Assembly (NCBI GenBank): GCA_964344035.1
Contig: CAYFLK010000006.1
Location: 26,162 to 90,161 of the forward strand
Direction: 5' to 3'
DNA length: 64,000 nt
Source: an uncultured Pseudomonadota bacterium
Lineage (GTDB): Bacteria > SAR324 > NAC60-12
The translations under genes were made by a program, and so were the position numbers. Each line of letters starts with the position of its first letter. Position 1 is the first letter of the stretch. Below the pieces are notes generated by a model, which worked only from the letters and a program-made list of their open reading frames with translations, did not search any database and was not told the DNA's origin. This document shows positions 30,015-41,358 of this stretch, piece after piece.

Positions 30015-30258
30015 TTCATTTATTTCCAGGCTGGAAAATTATTTGTAGAAAAAGACATATAAATCGGCCCCACTATGTTTAGTCTCTTAAAAATTTCATT
30101 CTTGCCTGCCTGTATCCCGCAGGCGGACAGGAACAATATGTCGAAAATTTCTTTTCAAATCGAAATCGCTCCGCCAATAAATGGACAGGCCCCGATTGCT
30201 TGGGGTCCGGGCTTGACCCTGAGGCCGAAGCAGTTGTTTGAAATGAATCATTCCGGAT

Positions 30259-31104
30259 TCACCTGAATCCTTGCAGCGGCATTTCCGGAGGGCGCCGAAG
30301 CCAGTTCCACGCGGGATAGGACGCGCTTCCTTCGATGAAGTGCAGGGTGTAGGCATGACGTGTGCGTGAAGAACGATTGGCCTCGCTCATGTGCGGCAAA
30401 AGCCCATGCAGCAGCACCATGGTCCCTTTTTCCACTTCAAGAGGGACCCGTTTTTCATTGTCCCAAGGGCTGTCGTCCCACACCTCGAATTCCGTGCCGT
30501 CTCCCGCATCATTGCGGTAGAAACGCGTTTTCAAGGGAGCGTGGTGTCCGCCGGGGATGGCCCATAGACCCCCGTTTCCCTGGTCAGCGTCTTCAAGCGC
30601 AAACCAGAATCCTGTCACCGTTACCGGATCGGTATACAAAAAAGTGGCGTCTTGGTGGCAGTTTACCTCTCCCCCGATGTACGGCTGTTTGAATATGTAC
30701 ATCGATTGCAACACGCGCGGGTCATGGTATCCAAGATCATCCGCAAGCTCGGCCAATGGTTCTGTGTGAGAAAAGCGCCTGAACACCGGGTCAAGATCGT
30801 GAAGGGCGTGACCAATCTTGTTCAACGATTTTGCCTTTTCCTGTTTCAGGACGCCGTTCTCGTCAAAGGCTTCTTCTTCAAAGAAAAACCGGATTTTGTC
30901 CCCGGATTCCAGAAAGTAGCGGTCAGAATGCCGGGTTTGTTCATTGGTGGTAAAGATGCTTTTCAGTCCGGCCGGTTCAAATTCCTCAACCAGTTCCGCT
31001 GCCCGTTTTCTTAACATATCGCATGAATCCGCGGATATAAAATTCCTGAGCACCAGATACCCGTTTTCTTCGTATTCCTGTAGCTGTTCCTGATTCAGTC
31101 TCAT
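30259..31104 (-). CDS. phytanoyl-CoA dioxygenase (PhyH) family Fe(II)/2OG oxygenase
   Basis: 'NCHQDATF' HxD motif and later 'LLHGLLPHMS' His; start taken at MRLNQ. Confidence 0.8.
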   Translation of the reverse strand: MRLNQEQLQEYEENGYLVLRNFISADSCDMLRKRAAELVEEFEPAGLKSIFTTNEQTRHSDRYFLESGDKIRFFFEEEAFDENGVLKQEKAKSLNKIGHALHDLDPVFRRFSHTEPLAELADDLGYHDPRVLQSMYIFKQPYIGGEVNCHQDATFLYTDPVTVTGFWFALEDADQGNGGLWAIPGGHHAPLKTRFYRNDAGDGTEFEVWDDSPWDNEKRVPLEVEKGTMVLLHGLLPHMSEANRSSRTRHAYTLHFIEGSASYPAWNWLRRPPEMPLQGFR

Positions 31105-31286
31105 TCTCCGGTCCTTTCCCGCTGGTTTGAAACAGACCAAAAAGTAGTCCATATTTATAACTGGAACAAGTAAAACCCGAATTTTTACCGGTCGGGACTC
31201 GATTGTATGTGGAGATTTACGTATTTTCAGACCTTGCGGAGTCTGATAAGCTAAGTTGTTCCCAATCACAACAACAAAGACAAAAC

Positions 31287-31547
31287 ATGTTTATTTCCGG
31301 ATTTAAACTGATGATCGTGGGCATGCTGATGGTGCTGGTCTTCCTGATGCTGATGATTTTTTGCATCCAGGTCATTGAAGCGCTGACCCGCGGTCATACA
31401 CGGCTGGAAGAAGAAACCATCCGGAAACAGCAAATGAAAGAACCTGAAAAAACCGAACCGGGGGGGGAACCGACTATTCCTGCCGCGGTTCTTGCTGCCG
31501 CGGTAGCTGCCTTCGAAGCGGACCGCGGCCGCGCTGCTATTCCCTGA
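31287..31547 (+). CDS. oadG: oxaloacetate decarboxylase gamma subunit-like small membrane protein
   Basis: Single N-terminal transmembrane segment, Ala/Pro-rich C-terminal tail, immediately upstream of oadA. Confidence 0.65.
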   Translation: MFISGFKLMIVGMLMVLVFLMLMIFCIQVIEALTRGHTRLEEETIRKQQMKEPEKTEPGGEPTIPAAVLAAAVAAFEADRGRAAIP

Positions 31548-31561
31548 AACCAGAGTTTCCC

Positions 31562-33391
31562 ATGGCAAAAAAACGGATCGAGTTTATGGACACGTCCTTC
31601 CGGGACGGATTTCAATCGGTGTTCGGAGCAAGAGTTGCAACCAAAGATTTCCTTCCTGCGCTGGAAGCGGCCGTTGATGCAGGGATCACTTATTTTGAGG
31701 CCGGTGGAGGGGCAAGGTTCCAAAGCCTGTTTTTCTATTGCAACGAATCCGCCTTTGACATGATGGACGCATTCCGCAAAACGGCGGGGCCGGATGCTGA
31801 TTTGCAGACCCTCGCACGCGGGATCAACGTGGTTGCGCTTAACCAGCAACCGCGGGACATGATCGATCTGCACGCGAAGATGTTCAAAAAACACGGCATC
31901 AGCGCCATCCGAAATTTTGACGCGCTCAACGATTTGCGAAACCTGAGCTATTCCGGGGAACGCATCGCGGCAAATGGACTGCATCACCAGATTGTGATCA
32001 CTATCATGGACCTCCCTCCAGGATGTGAAGGGGCCCATACCCCGGATCATTACATGCAGATGCTGAAGGACATCCTCGATTCCGACATCCCGTTTCATTC
32101 GATTTGCTTCAAGGATTCCAGCGGCACAACTCATCCGCGCAAAGTATATGAAACAATCAAGGCCGCGCGGAAGCTCGTGCCGGAGGACATGGTTCTGCAC
32201 CTGCACACTCACGACACCGCCGGTGTTGGGGTCAGCCAGTACATCGCCGCCATCGAGGCCGGAATCAACCGCATCGACCTGGCAATGAGCCCGGTCAGCG
32301 GGGGCACATCCCAGCCTGACACCCTCTCAATGTGGCACGCTCTGAGAGACAGCGATTACACACTCGATATTGATCCTGTGAAAATCATGCGCGTCGAGGA
32401 GGTTTTTGAAGACTGCATGGGCGATTATTTTGTCCCCCCGGAATCGAAAATGGTCTCTCCGGTGATACCTTTTTCTCCCATGCCCGGGGGAGCGCTCACT
32501 GCAAACACTATGATGATGCGTGATACCGGAACGATGCACCTCTACAATAAAGTTATCAAGGAGATGGAGGAAGTCATCCGCCTCGGTGGTTTCGGCACCT
32601 CGGTTACCCCTGTTTCACAGTTTTACTTCCAGCAGGCTTACCAGAATGTAACCGGGGGTCGCTGGCAGAAAATCACCCCTCAATACGGCAACATGGTGCT
32701 GGGCTACTTCGGCCGCACACCAGTCGAACCGGATCCGGAAATCGTCAAACTTGCATCGGAACAGCTTGATAAACCGGTCTTCAAAGAAGATCCACTGGAT
32801 ATCCTTGAAGATGGTAGGCCGAAGGCGGAAAAAGTCCTGCGGGAAAAGGGACTGGAAATAAATGACGAAAATGTCTTTATTGCCGCAAGTTGCGAAGGCA
32901 AGGGAATCGATTTCCTCCTCGGCAAGGGCCGGGACATGATCCGCAGGAAAAGCACGGAAGCGAAGAAAGCCGAAGCCGCGGCAAAACCGGCGCAGCCCTC
33001 TCCGGTTTCCGCGCCGGCCCCTGCAGCAGGGCCGCGCAACTACACAATCACAGTAAATGGTATGGCCTACCAGGTCAACGTGGCTGAAGGGGCCGGTGCG
33101 GTCGCAGCCACACCGGTTGCCGTCCCGGCAGCGTCGCCTGCTGCCGCACCCGTTGCCGCGCCTGCCGCAAACACGGCTGCTGAGACCGTCGATGCGCCGA
33201 CGCCGGGGAACATCATGCGCCTCGAAGTCGGCCTTGGAGAAGCAGTGGAAAAAGACCAGACGCTGCTGATCATGGAAGCAATGAAGATGGAATCGGAAGT
33301 TAAAGCCCCAAAGGCCGGGACGGTCCAGGAACTGTTCGTTGCCGCCGGCGACACCGTTCAGGCTGGTGACAAGCTGCTTTCACTAGCTTGA
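31562..33391 (+). CDS. oadA: oxaloacetate decarboxylase alpha subunit (carboxyltransferase 5S plus biotinyl domain)
   Basis: '[12 protein letters not shown]' HMGL-like carboxyltransferase motif; Ala/Pro linker; C-terminal biotinyl 'EAMKMESEV'. Confidence 0.9.
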   Translation: MAKKRIEFMDTSFRDGFQSVFGARVATKDFLPALEAAVDAGITYFEAGGGARFQSLFFYCNESAFDMMDAFRKTAGPDADLQTLARGINVVALNQQPRDMIDLHAKMFKKHGISAIRNFDALNDLRNLSYSGERIAANGLHHQIVITIMDLPPGCEGAHTPDHYMQMLKDILDSDIPFHSICFKDSSGTTHPRKVYETIKAARKLVPEDMVLHLHTHDTAGVGVSQYIAAIEAGINRIDLAMSPVSGGTSQPDTLSMWHALRDSDYTLDIDPVKIMRVEEVFEDCMGDYFVPPESKMVSPVIPFSPMPGGALTANTMMMRDTGTMHLYNKVIKEMEEVIRLGGFGTSVTPVSQFYFQQAYQNVTGGRWQKITPQYGNMVLGYFGRTPVEPDPEIVKLASEQLDKPVFKEDPLDILEDGRPKAEKVLREKGLEINDENVFIAASCEGKGIDFLLGKGRDMIRRKSTEAKKAEAAAKPAQPSPVSAPAPAAGPRNYTITVNGMAYQVNVAEGAGAVAATPVAVPAASPAAAPVAAPAANTAAETVDAPTPGNIMRLEVGLGEAVEKDQTLLIMEAMKMESEVKAPKAGTVQELFVAAGDTVQAGDKLLSLA

Positions 33392-33429
33392 CAAGAATCC
33401 CTTCCTTCATCTCAAATCGACTGGTTCGC

Positions 33430-34989
33430 ATGTCTGAAACAAAACGATCCTTCCCGTTCTGGGGGAACTGCCGGAGGCTGCGGCGGTTAATTCTCCTGGT
33501 CCTGGGAAGTTTCATGCTCGCAACCTCCGGCAGCGCGTTCGCTCAAACAATCCCGGACAAAATCACCATCACAGCAATGGGCGACCTGCTGGTGGAAGAA
33601 GTCCGTTTCCATGAAGGGGACCTGGTAGCGGCGGGAGACACGCTGGCAATCCTAAAACGGTCCGATGGGACAAAGCTGACCCTGCGCGCGGGGGATTCCG
33701 GACGGCTGCTGAAATGGGCGCTGAAACCCTATCAGCGCTTCCGCAACGGGGAAAAACTCGGCATCCTGCAGGTGATGCCGATCCTCGTACAAAAACCCGG
33801 TGTGTCCTCGCAAAAAGAACAGCCTTCCTTTCAGCAGATGATCTGGAACCTCGCCGGTTCGACCGGACTTGCCACCCTGGTCTCAGGGCAGGGGCTTTCC
33901 TGGACTGAAGGGTGGGGCCGCGTGGCTATGATGGGTGTTGGTCTGGCACTGCTTTTCCTGGGAATCAAAAAACGCTTTGAACCACTGCTGCTGGTACCGA
34001 TCGGGTTCGGCGCGTTTCTCGCAAACATCCCCGGGGCGGGGCTTTCGGAACCGGGAGGACTGCTTTTTTACGTCTATGAAATCGGCATCACCACCGGGAT
34101 CTTCCCCCTGCTCATCTTCATGGGGGTCGGTGCTTTGACGGATTTCGGTCCGATGCTGGCAAACCCCAAAACGGCGCTGCTGGGCGCTGCCGCGCAGTTC
34201 GGCATCTTCGCCACTCTGCTTGGCGCACTCGCGTTGAACTGGGTCCCGGGAATCGATTTCAGCTTGAGAGACGCGGCGTCAATCGGAATCATCGGAGGGG
34301 CCGACGGTCCGACCGCGATTTTTCTCTCCAGCCGCTTGTCGCCGAGGCTGCTGGGATCGATCGCGATTGCCGCGTATTCTTACATGGCCCTGGTGCCGAT
34401 CATCCAGCCGCCGATCATGCGGCTGCTCACTACTGAAGCCGAACGCCGTACCGAGATGCGCCAGATGCGTTATGTTTCGCGGCGCGAAAAAATTCTATTC
34501 CCGCTGTTGGCTGTCGGACTTTGCGCCTTGCTCCTGCCTACCGCCGCACCCCTGATTGGAATGTTCATGCTTGGCAACCTGGCCCGCGAATGCAGGGTGA
34601 TCGACCGACTTTCTGACACCATTCAGCACTCGCTGATCAACACCGTTACGATTTTTCTCGGTCTTGGAGTGGGCAGCAAACTGCTGGCCAGCCGCTTCCT
34701 CAACCTCGAAACGGTGGGGATCCTGCTGCTGGGGATGATCGCATTTGGCATCGGCACTGCTTCAGGCGTGCTGCTCGGGAAACTGATGAACCGCCTTTCG
34801 GAAGCGCCGATCAATCCGCTTATCGGCGCGGCTGGAGTTTCGGCGGTGCCAATGGCCGCTCGCGTGGTCAGCCAGGTGGGGCTGGAGGCGAATTCGCACA
34901 ACCATCTGATCATGCACGCGATGGGACCGAATGTTTCCGGAGTGATCGGTTCAGCGGTTGCCGCGGGGGTTCTGCTGGCGATGCTCTGA
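33430..34989 (+). CDS. oadB: oxaloacetate decarboxylase beta subunit (Na+-translocating) with an unusual ~140-aa N-terminal extension
   Basis: Canonical OadB core begins near 'MIWNLAG...[22 protein letters not shown]'; upstream in-frame signal-like peptide and lipoyl-like beta segment; ATG at 33430, TTG at 33388 overlapping the oadA stop. Confidence 0.85.
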   Translation: MSETKRSFPFWGNCRRLRRLILLVLGSFMLATSGSAFAQTIPDKITITAMGDLLVEEVRFHEGDLVAAGDTLAILKRSDGTKLTLRAGDSGRLLKWALKPYQRFRNGEKLGILQVMPILVQKPGVSSQKEQPSFQQMIWNLAGSTGLATLVSGQGLSWTEGWGRVAMMGVGLALLFLGIKKRFEPLLLVPIGFGAFLANIPGAGLSEPGGLLFYVYEIGITTGIFPLLIFMGVGALTDFGPMLANPKTALLGAAAQFGIFATLLGALALNWVPGIDFSLRDAASIGIIGGADGPTAIFLSSRLSPRLLGSIAIAAYSYMALVPIIQPPIMRLLTTEAERRTEMRQMRYVSRREKILFPLLAVGLCALLLPTAAPLIGMFMLGNLARECRVIDRLSDTIQHSLINTVTIFLGLGVGSKLLASRFLNLETVGILLLGMIAFGIGTASGVLLGKLMNRLSEAPINPLIGAAGVSAVPMAARVVSQVGLEANSHNHLIMHAMGPNVSGVIGSAVAAGVLLAML

Positions 34990-37182
34990 CCCCTCTTCCC
35001 GTGAATTGATCAGGCAACCCGCACCCGCTTTCAGGGCTCTGCGTTTTGCGTGGAGAGTGGGTTCGGTATAGCCGTTAGCGACTTCCGCACCACTGAAGAT
35101 CAGCTCGCATGCGGCTGCAAAGGCGATCCCGTCAAATTCCGGGGCCATGTTGAAGTAGCCCGGGTCTCCAGCGTTTTGCCGGTCAACCACCTCCGCCATC
35201 CTTTTGAGGGACTTCATAACTTGTTCACGGGTTATGATCCCGTGCAGGAGCCAGTTGGCAATGTGCTGGCTGGAGATCCGCAATGTGGCCCGGTCCTCCA
35301 TGAGCCCAATGTCATTGATGTCCGGGACTTTTGAGCAGCCTACTCCCTGATCAACCCAGCGGACCACGTATCCGAGGATTCCCTGGCAGTTGTTATCAAG
35401 TTCCGCTTGAATCTCCTTTTCCGACCAGTCCGGGTCGGCTGCCAGGGGAATTGTGAGGATGTCGCCCAGTTGCGCGCATGGACTTCCTTGCAGTGATGCC
35501 TGCTTTTCCGCCACGTTAACCTTGTGGTAGTGCAGGGCATGCAGGGTCGCCGCGGTCGGAGAAGGCACCCACGCGCAGTTGGCGCCGGACCTAGGATGAC
35601 CGATCTTCGTTTTGACCATGGCAGACATTTCATCGGGCATCGCCCACATTCCCTTGCCTATCTGGGCCCGTCCCGGCAGCCCGCAGGCAAGTCCGACATT
35701 GACGTTCCATTCTTCGTAAGCGTTTATCCAGGGTTGGGCCTTCATGTCGTTCTTACGCACCATTGGTCCGGCATGCATGGAAGTGTGCATCTCGTCTCCG
35801 GTCCGGTCGAGGAATCCGGTGTTTATGAATATCACGCGTTCCCGCGCCTGCCGGATACACTCCTTGAGGTTGACCGTGGTGCGACGTTCCTCGTCCATTA
35901 TCCCCATCTTGATCGTGTTTTTTGCCATTCCCAATGCCTGCTCGATGCGTACGAAAAGGTCCGTCGTGAACGCCACTTCTTCCGGACCATGCATTTTCGG
36001 TTTTACGATATACATGCTCCCACATTTTGAGTTTTTGTACCGCCCTAACCCCTTCAAGTCATGCAGGCTGATCAGCGCGGTCATCATGCCGTCCAGGATC
36101 CCTTCCGGGACTTCGTCGCCGTTTCCCGTGAGCACTGCGTCACTTGTCATCAGGTGACCGACGTTCCGGACAAGCATCAGTGATCGCCCGGGCAGGGTCA
36201 GACCTTCACCCGCGGGAGTGGAATACACGCGATCGGTATTGAGGGTGCGGTGCAGGGAATCTCCTCCTTTCATGAAAGTAGCCGATAGGTCTCCCTTCAT
36301 CAGCCCGAGCCAGTTCCGGTAAACATGCACCTTGTCCTCCGCGTCCACGGCCGCCACTGCGTCTTCCAAATCCTGAATGGTGGTTACCGCTGATTCTACG
36401 ATCACGTCTTTGATTCCAGCGGGATGGTCCCTGCCGATTGGGTGGTTTCGGTCAATTTGAATGTCTATATGCAGACCGTTTTTTTTCAGCAGAACGGAAT
36501 CCGGGGTATTGCTCATTCCCTGCCAGCCTATGAACTGCTCCGGTTCGGCGAGCCGGGTCTGCGTACCGTCTTTCAGCAATACCGTCAAATCACCGTCCCT
36601 GACTGAAAATCCCGACGCTTCGGCAAAAGAACCCTGTGCTAGCGGAAATGAATCGTCCAGTACCCCGTGGGTGTAGTCAAATACTTTACGACCGCGTAGC
36701 GGGTTGTAACCTCCCTCCCGGGACGTTCCATCATCTTCGAAAATGACGTCCGTACCGTAAAGCGCATCAAGCAGGCTGCCCCAGCGTGCGTTGGCCGCGT
36801 TGAGCGCGAAACGTGCGTTGCTGACTGGGACCACCAGTTGCGGACCGGCAATTGCTGCGATCTCCGGGTCCACGTTATCGGTGCTGATCTGAAAATCTAC
36901 ACCCTCGGGTACAAGGTAGCCGATAGTTTCAAGAAAATCCCGGTAGGCTTCAGGATCGTGATGCATACCCTCACGGCTTCGGTGCCACTCGTCTATTTGC
37001 TGCTGCAGCCTGTCCCTTTTACCCAGCAGTTCCTCGTTTCGGGGCATAAAATCATGTACAATCCCTTTGAATGACTGCCAGAAACCATCAGGCTCGATTC
37101 CCGTACCGGGTGCAATCTCTTCCCGGACTAACGCGTAAAGGGGCTGCGCGACTTGTAAGCCGTCGATTTCTATCCGTTTCAT
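34951..37182 (-). CDS. glcB: malate synthase G
   Basis: 743 aa, full-length MSG pattern; 3' end overlaps the oadB 3' end by 39 nt. Confidence 0.9.
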   Translation of the reverse strand: MKRIEIDGLQVAQPLYALVREEIAPGTGIEPDGFWQSFKGIVHDFMPRNEELLGKRDRLQQQIDEWHRSREGMHHDPEAYRDFLETIGYLVPEGVDFQISTDNVDPEIAAIAGPQLVVPVSNARFALNAANARWGSLLDALYGTDVIFEDDGTSREGGYNPLRGRKVFDYTHGVLDDSFPLAQGSFAEASGFSVRDGDLTVLLKDGTQTRLAEPEQFIGWQGMSNTPDSVLLKKNGLHIDIQIDRNHPIGRDHPAGIKDVIVESAVTTIQDLEDAVAAVDAEDKVHVYRNWLGLMKGDLSATFMKGGDSLHRTLNTDRVYSTPAGEGLTLPGRSLMLVRNVGHLMTSDAVLTGNGDEVPEGILDGMMTALISLHDLKGLGRYKNSKCGSMYIVKPKMHGPEEVAFTTDLFVRIEQALGMAKNTIKMGIMDEERRTTVNLKECIRQARERVIFINTGFLDRTGDEMHTSMHAGPMVRKNDMKAQPWINAYEEWNVNVGLACGLPGRAQIGKGMWAMPDEMSAMVKTKIGHPRSGANCAWVPSPTAATLHALHYHKVNVAEKQASLQGSPCAQLGDILTIPLAADPDWSEKEIQAELDNNCQGILGYVVRWVDQGVGCSKVPDINDIGLMEDRATLRISSQHIANWLLHGIITREQVMKSLKRMAEVVDRQNAGDPGYFNMAPEFDGIAFAAACELIFSGAEVANGYTEPTLHAKRRALKAGAGCLINSREEGSEHRQQNPRGNR

Positions 37183-37698
37183 GGCGGTTTCTGTGCTGTT
37201 TAAGTTGTGTGTTGAGCCTGCCGTTCAGCGGCCGGTTGCTGATAAAAAAGCCTGGTTCTGGTTAGGATTAAAGTGGTTTGTCCTTCTCATAAGCACGGTC
37301 AAAGAAGGCCTTGATCAGGAAAATATCTGTCCGCTTTCCGGAAGCTTTCAGCCTAATTTATTTCACCCAACGGAAACAATCCCTGTCCGGCTTCTAAGCA
37401 AAAAAATATTGAAACTCACATGGTTATCACGATTTCATGAATTTCAAAAATTTATGCAGTTTATCGAAAATTATTCTGAAATTCAACCATAAAACTGGCG
37501 GATTAACGAAGCAAAATTATGAACGATGCTTATCATATAAAAGTTATATGATTGCAGTGAATGCGGCAAGCGTTTAAAAATCAAATTTCATGACATGGAA
37601 TGGCGCTGCAAGAACCCCGGATGTTCCGGCACACATTATGCTGAATGCAGCAAGGCGAGCATGTGGAGGGGCTGTAATGCCGGACAGCGAGACGGTTT

Positions 37699-38742
37699 TC
37701 AGTGCAGGGTTCGGTGTGGCAGGTTTTCGATTTTAGCCGCGGAGGTGACCCGCACGTAATCCAGTTTTCGCTGAAGTTCCTGTATCGTCGCGGCGCCGGC
37801 GTAAGTCAGTCCGGAACGCAGTCCACCGATGATGTCCGCGAGGATCGCGTCTTCCGTTTCACGGTATTCCACTTCCACCGAAATACCTTCCGCGGTTTTC
37901 CAATCCGCAAGGCCCCCATGATATTCATCATGGACCTCATTGCTGGCCATGCCTCGATACATTTTGACCCGGGATTCCCGTCCGTCCTCCAGGGTTTTGC
38001 TGATCACTTCCCCGGGAGTGGGTCGCGTTCCGGCAAGAATGCTGCCGATCATCACGAAATCCGCCCCAAAGGCGAGGGCCTTGACAATGTCGCCCGGATT
38101 GCGGATGCCGCCGTCAGCCACCACCGAGCGGTCTACCCGGGAGCAGTCCTTGACGGCAGTGAGGTTCGGCACCCCGAACCCGGTTTTTATCCTGGTGGTG
38201 CAGACCGATCCTCCGCCGATGCCGACCTTGACGATGTCCGCCCCGCAGGAAGCAAGATAATCCGCGCCGGCGTAGGTGGCCACGTTTCCCGCCATCAGGC
38301 AGGTTTCCTTGCCGAGCAGGTCACGGATATTTTTCAAGGTCCTTCCGACGTATTTCGCGTGGGCATGGGCGACATCGACACAGAATTTATCCGCCTTCGC
38401 GTCCCGCAACGCCTCCGCTCTTTGCAGGTCTTCTTCCGTGCAGCCGAGGGAGACAAAAGTGTCATGGCTGCAGGCTTTGAACATGCGCACATTCTCTTCA
38501 ATCGGCATGAACCGGTGCATCACCCCGATCCCCCCCTTGGCGCCGATGTAATTGGCCATATTCGTTTCGGTGATGGTGTCCATGTTCGAGGTCATCACCG
38601 GCAGCGCGAGAGACAATTTCCCGGTTTTGTCGGTGATCGAGACATCAACGACTTTCCTCGATTCCCAGTGGTTGTAGGACGGCACAAGCAGCACGTCATC
38701 GTAGGTGATCGCATCAGTCATGAGGTCTCCCGTAATGTGCAT
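37699..38742 (-). CDS. guaC: GMP reductase (IMPDH/GMPR family without CBS domains)
   Basis: 347 aa; 'ADIVKVGIGGGSVCTTR' and 'DGGIRNPGDIVKALAFGADFVMIGSILAG' align with E. coli GuaC. Confidence 0.85.
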   Translation of the reverse strand: MHITGDLMTDAITYDDVLLVPSYNHWESRKVVDVSITDKTGKLSLALPVMTSNMDTITETNMANYIGAKGGIGVMHRFMPIEENVRMFKACSHDTFVSLGCTEEDLQRAEALRDAKADKFCVDVAHAHAKYVGRTLKNIRDLLGKETCLMAGNVATYAGADYLASCGADIVKVGIGGGSVCTTRIKTGFGVPNLTAVKDCSRVDRSVVADGGIRNPGDIVKALAFGADFVMIGSILAGTRPTPGEVISKTLEDGRESRVKMYRGMASNEVHDEYHGGLADWKTAEGISVEVEYRETEDAILADIIGGLRSGLTYAGAATIQELQRKLDYVRVTSAAKIENLPHRTLH

Positions 38743-38764
38743 GAATAAAGCCGGGGGACATGAT

Positions 38765-39253
38765 TTATTTTCCGTTCCGCCGGCAATACCCCAAAGGCAA
38801 TATGGTAGTACCTTTCAGTTCTTCTAGCAAGATGCTCGATTTGACGGAAACAACGCTTGGGAGGGAAAGCAGACGTTTCAGCACAAGGTCCGAAAAATCT
38901 TGAAGGTCAGGCGCCACCACCCGCATCAGATAGTCCGCGCCCCCGGTGATGGCCCAGCAGCCCAGCACCTCCTCCCAGTCCCGGATGGCTTCGGAAAATG
39001 AACGGGCGGGGTCCTTGCCGTGCTTTCCCAGTGTCACCTGAATGAAGGCCTGGATTCCGATTCCCACCGCCCCGGGTTCCAAAAGGGCCGCGTAGGAACG
39101 GATCACGCCTGACTGCTCCAGCCTGCGGACACGGCGCAGGCATTGTGAAGGCGAGAGGAAAACCCGCGCGGATAGTTCGCTGTTGGTCAGACGTCCCTGC
39201 CCTTGAAGCTCGGCGAGGATGTTGAGATCGTATTCATCGCATTTGTATGACAT
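38765..39253 (-). CDS. Lrp/AsnC family transcriptional regulator
   Basis: 'LDLNILAELQGQGRLTNSELSARVFLSPSQCLRRVRRLEQSGVI' helix-turn-helix plus RAM domain; start at MSYKC. Confidence 0.85.
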   Translation of the reverse strand: MSYKCDEYDLNILAELQGQGRLTNSELSARVFLSPSQCLRRVRRLEQSGVIRSYAALLEPGAVGIGIQAFIQVTLGKHGKDPARSFSEAIRDWEEVLGCWAITGGADYLMRVVAPDLQDFSDLVLKRLLSLPSVVSVKSSILLEELKGTTILPLGYCRRNGK

Positions 39254-39435
39254 GATTCTCCAATTACAACAACAATTATGAAAGATTCGTGCATATATTA
39301 TCCTGCACAAACAAAGAACACAATCTTCTGCCGTGGAATTTCTGTTATGCTTGAATGCAACACAAATACATATCGCATCGGCCTTCAGGGTTTGGAACAT
39401 TCTTTTCGTCAACAACACCGTTTAAGGAGAACAGC

Positions 39436-41013
39436 ATGATTCTGGATGGAAACACGTTAACGCTAAAGCAAGTCGTGCAAATGGCCCGAAATCCGGGAAT
39501 GCGGGTGGAAATATCCGCAGAGATCGAATCTCGGGTGCGGGCATCCCGGGAACTGCTCGACGGTTTTGTCGATTCAGGAAGGGTGATTTACGGGGTCACC
39601 ACCGGTGTCGGGGGGTTCGTCAACTGGCTCGTTCCGCCGAATCTTGCCGAACAGCTGCAGAACAACATCCTGCGTGGGGTCACCTCAAACGTGGGAGCAT
39701 ACCTCGGGGACGATTATGTGCGTGCGGCCATGCTGGCACGCCTGAACTCACTGGGACGCGGAGTTTCAGCGATTTCATTCAAAAACTTTCGCAAGTATGT
39801 TGACCTTTACAATGCAGGCATTCTTCCCTGCATCCCGGAAAAAGGATCGCTTGGGGCCAGCGGGGACCTGGGACCGCTTGCTTACATCGCCCTGGTCGGG
39901 ACCGGTAACTGGCTGGCCAAATACGATGGAGCAATACGCCCCGGCAAAGAAGCACTCGAGATGGCGGGACTCGAGCCGATGCGGTTGAGTTACAAGGAGG
40001 GGCTGGCGCTGATCAACGGAACTTCGGCTATGACCGGGGTCGCAGCGTGCGTCACCGAGGACGCGAAACAGCTAATCCGGAACTGCCTGCTGATTTCCAG
40101 CCTGAGCATAGAAACGCTGAAGGGCAAGATCATGCCGTTCCATCCGGCCGCACACGAAAACAAACCGCATCCGGGACAAATGAAAGTGGCAGAGATCATT
40201 TACGAGGTCCTTTCCGACAGCAAGATGGTGGTTCAAGACGCTGAGGTTGAACGCTGGCTGCAGCAGTTGAAACGGGATGAACCAACCGGGATGGAACAGC
40301 AGATTGAAGATCCTTACACTATCCGGGCCACTCCGCAGATACTTGGACCGGTGGTCGACACCGCGCTCTCAGTGCAAAATACGCTCGAGACCGAACTTAA
40401 TTCCACCAATGACAACCCTCTCGTGGTGGTCGAACGCGGAGAGGCTTACCACAACGCCAACTTTCACGGGCAGTATGTTGCCAACGCAATGGATCAGCTT
40501 TCGATTGTGCTGACGACCATGTGCAACCTCTCCGACCGCAGAACGGATCGTTTCCTCGATCCCGGTCATAATCATGGGCTGCCCCCGTTTCTGTGTAGGG
40601 AAAACCCTGGGCTGCGTCATGGCATGATGGGAGGTCAGTATGCTGCCACTTCACTGACCGCGGAAAACCGTTCGCTTTGCACGCCCGTTTCAATTCAGAC
40701 CCTGCCCTCCACTGGAGATTTTCAGGACCATGTTTCATTTGGACTGGTCGCGGCACGGCGTGCACGGGAAATCCTGCAGAATTCCTATTACGTGCTTGCC
40801 TATGAATTGCTGTGCGGATGCCAGGCCGCGGACTGCCGGAACCCCGGCGAACTTGGTTCCGTCACCTCCAAGGTGTACCGCAAGGTGCGCGAAGTAATCC
40901 CATACCTCGATCATGACGAGTCGCTCACAATCCATATCGAGAATGCGGCAAGGATACTGCGCGAAAGGATCCTCCTCAAGCAGTTTCCGGATGATTTGAT
41001 TGATATAGGATAG
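39436..41013 (+). CDS. MIO-dependent aromatic amino acid / histidine ammonia-lyase family enzyme
   Basis: 'GSLGASGDLGPL' Ala-Ser-Gly MIO motif; AAGGAGA RBS before the ATG at 39436. Confidence 0.85.
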   Translation: MILDGNTLTLKQVVQMARNPGMRVEISAEIESRVRASRELLDGFVDSGRVIYGVTTGVGGFVNWLVPPNLAEQLQNNILRGVTSNVGAYLGDDYVRAAMLARLNSLGRGVSAISFKNFRKYVDLYNAGILPCIPEKGSLGASGDLGPLAYIALVGTGNWLAKYDGAIRPGKEALEMAGLEPMRLSYKEGLALINGTSAMTGVAACVTEDAKQLIRNCLLISSLSIETLKGKIMPFHPAAHENKPHPGQMKVAEIIYEVLSDSKMVVQDAEVERWLQQLKRDEPTGMEQQIEDPYTIRATPQILGPVVDTALSVQNTLETELNSTNDNPLVVVERGEAYHNANFHGQYVANAMDQLSIVLTTMCNLSDRRTDRFLDPGHNHGLPPFLCRENPGLRHGMMGGQYAATSLTAENRSLCTPVSIQTLPSTGDFQDHVSFGLVAARRAREILQNSYYVLAYELLCGCQAADCRNPGELGSVTSKVYRKVREVIPYLDHDESLTIHIENAARILRERILLKQFPDDLIDIG

Positions 41014-41358
41014 GGATTCAAGCTACTGTTTTTTTGCAAATCAGGATTGTCAGTTAAATCCGGTCTTTGCCAGCGAATCGATTCATTTAGCATCGCATTC
41101 CTCATAATTGCGGTCGAAGGGTAGCAATCTATCCGCGAGTACGCACGTTCCCTAACCACGGACCTCTCCCGGGGGGCACCAACACAACAATAAAGGCAAC
41201 CGCAAGAACTTGTTTCCGGACACCAACGCAGATTCCACTGTACACGGCATACCTGTAATTCATACCAAATGCCACACCCTCTCCTTGGAGAGAGGGTTGG
41301 GGTGAGGGGCAAACCGCGCTTAAACGTGACCGTAGAATTTACTCCATGGCATTAAACT

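Noticed and set aside
31562-33391. Pyruvate carboxylase subunit B or methylmalonyl-CoA decarboxylase alpha as an alternative call
   Set aside because: The gene is flanked by an OadG-like small membrane protein and an OadB Na+-pump subunit with overlapping stop and start, which favours oxaloacetate decarboxylase. Substrate specificity cannot be decided from sequence alone.
40911-41312. 133-aa ORF in the ammonia-lyase / activase intergenic region and a CCCTCTCC...GGAGAGGG hairpin at about 41277-41296
   Set aside because: The ORF has no RBS or motif and is Cys/Arg-rich, so it is probably non-coding. The hairpin is not followed by a T-tract on either strand, so it was not called a terminator.
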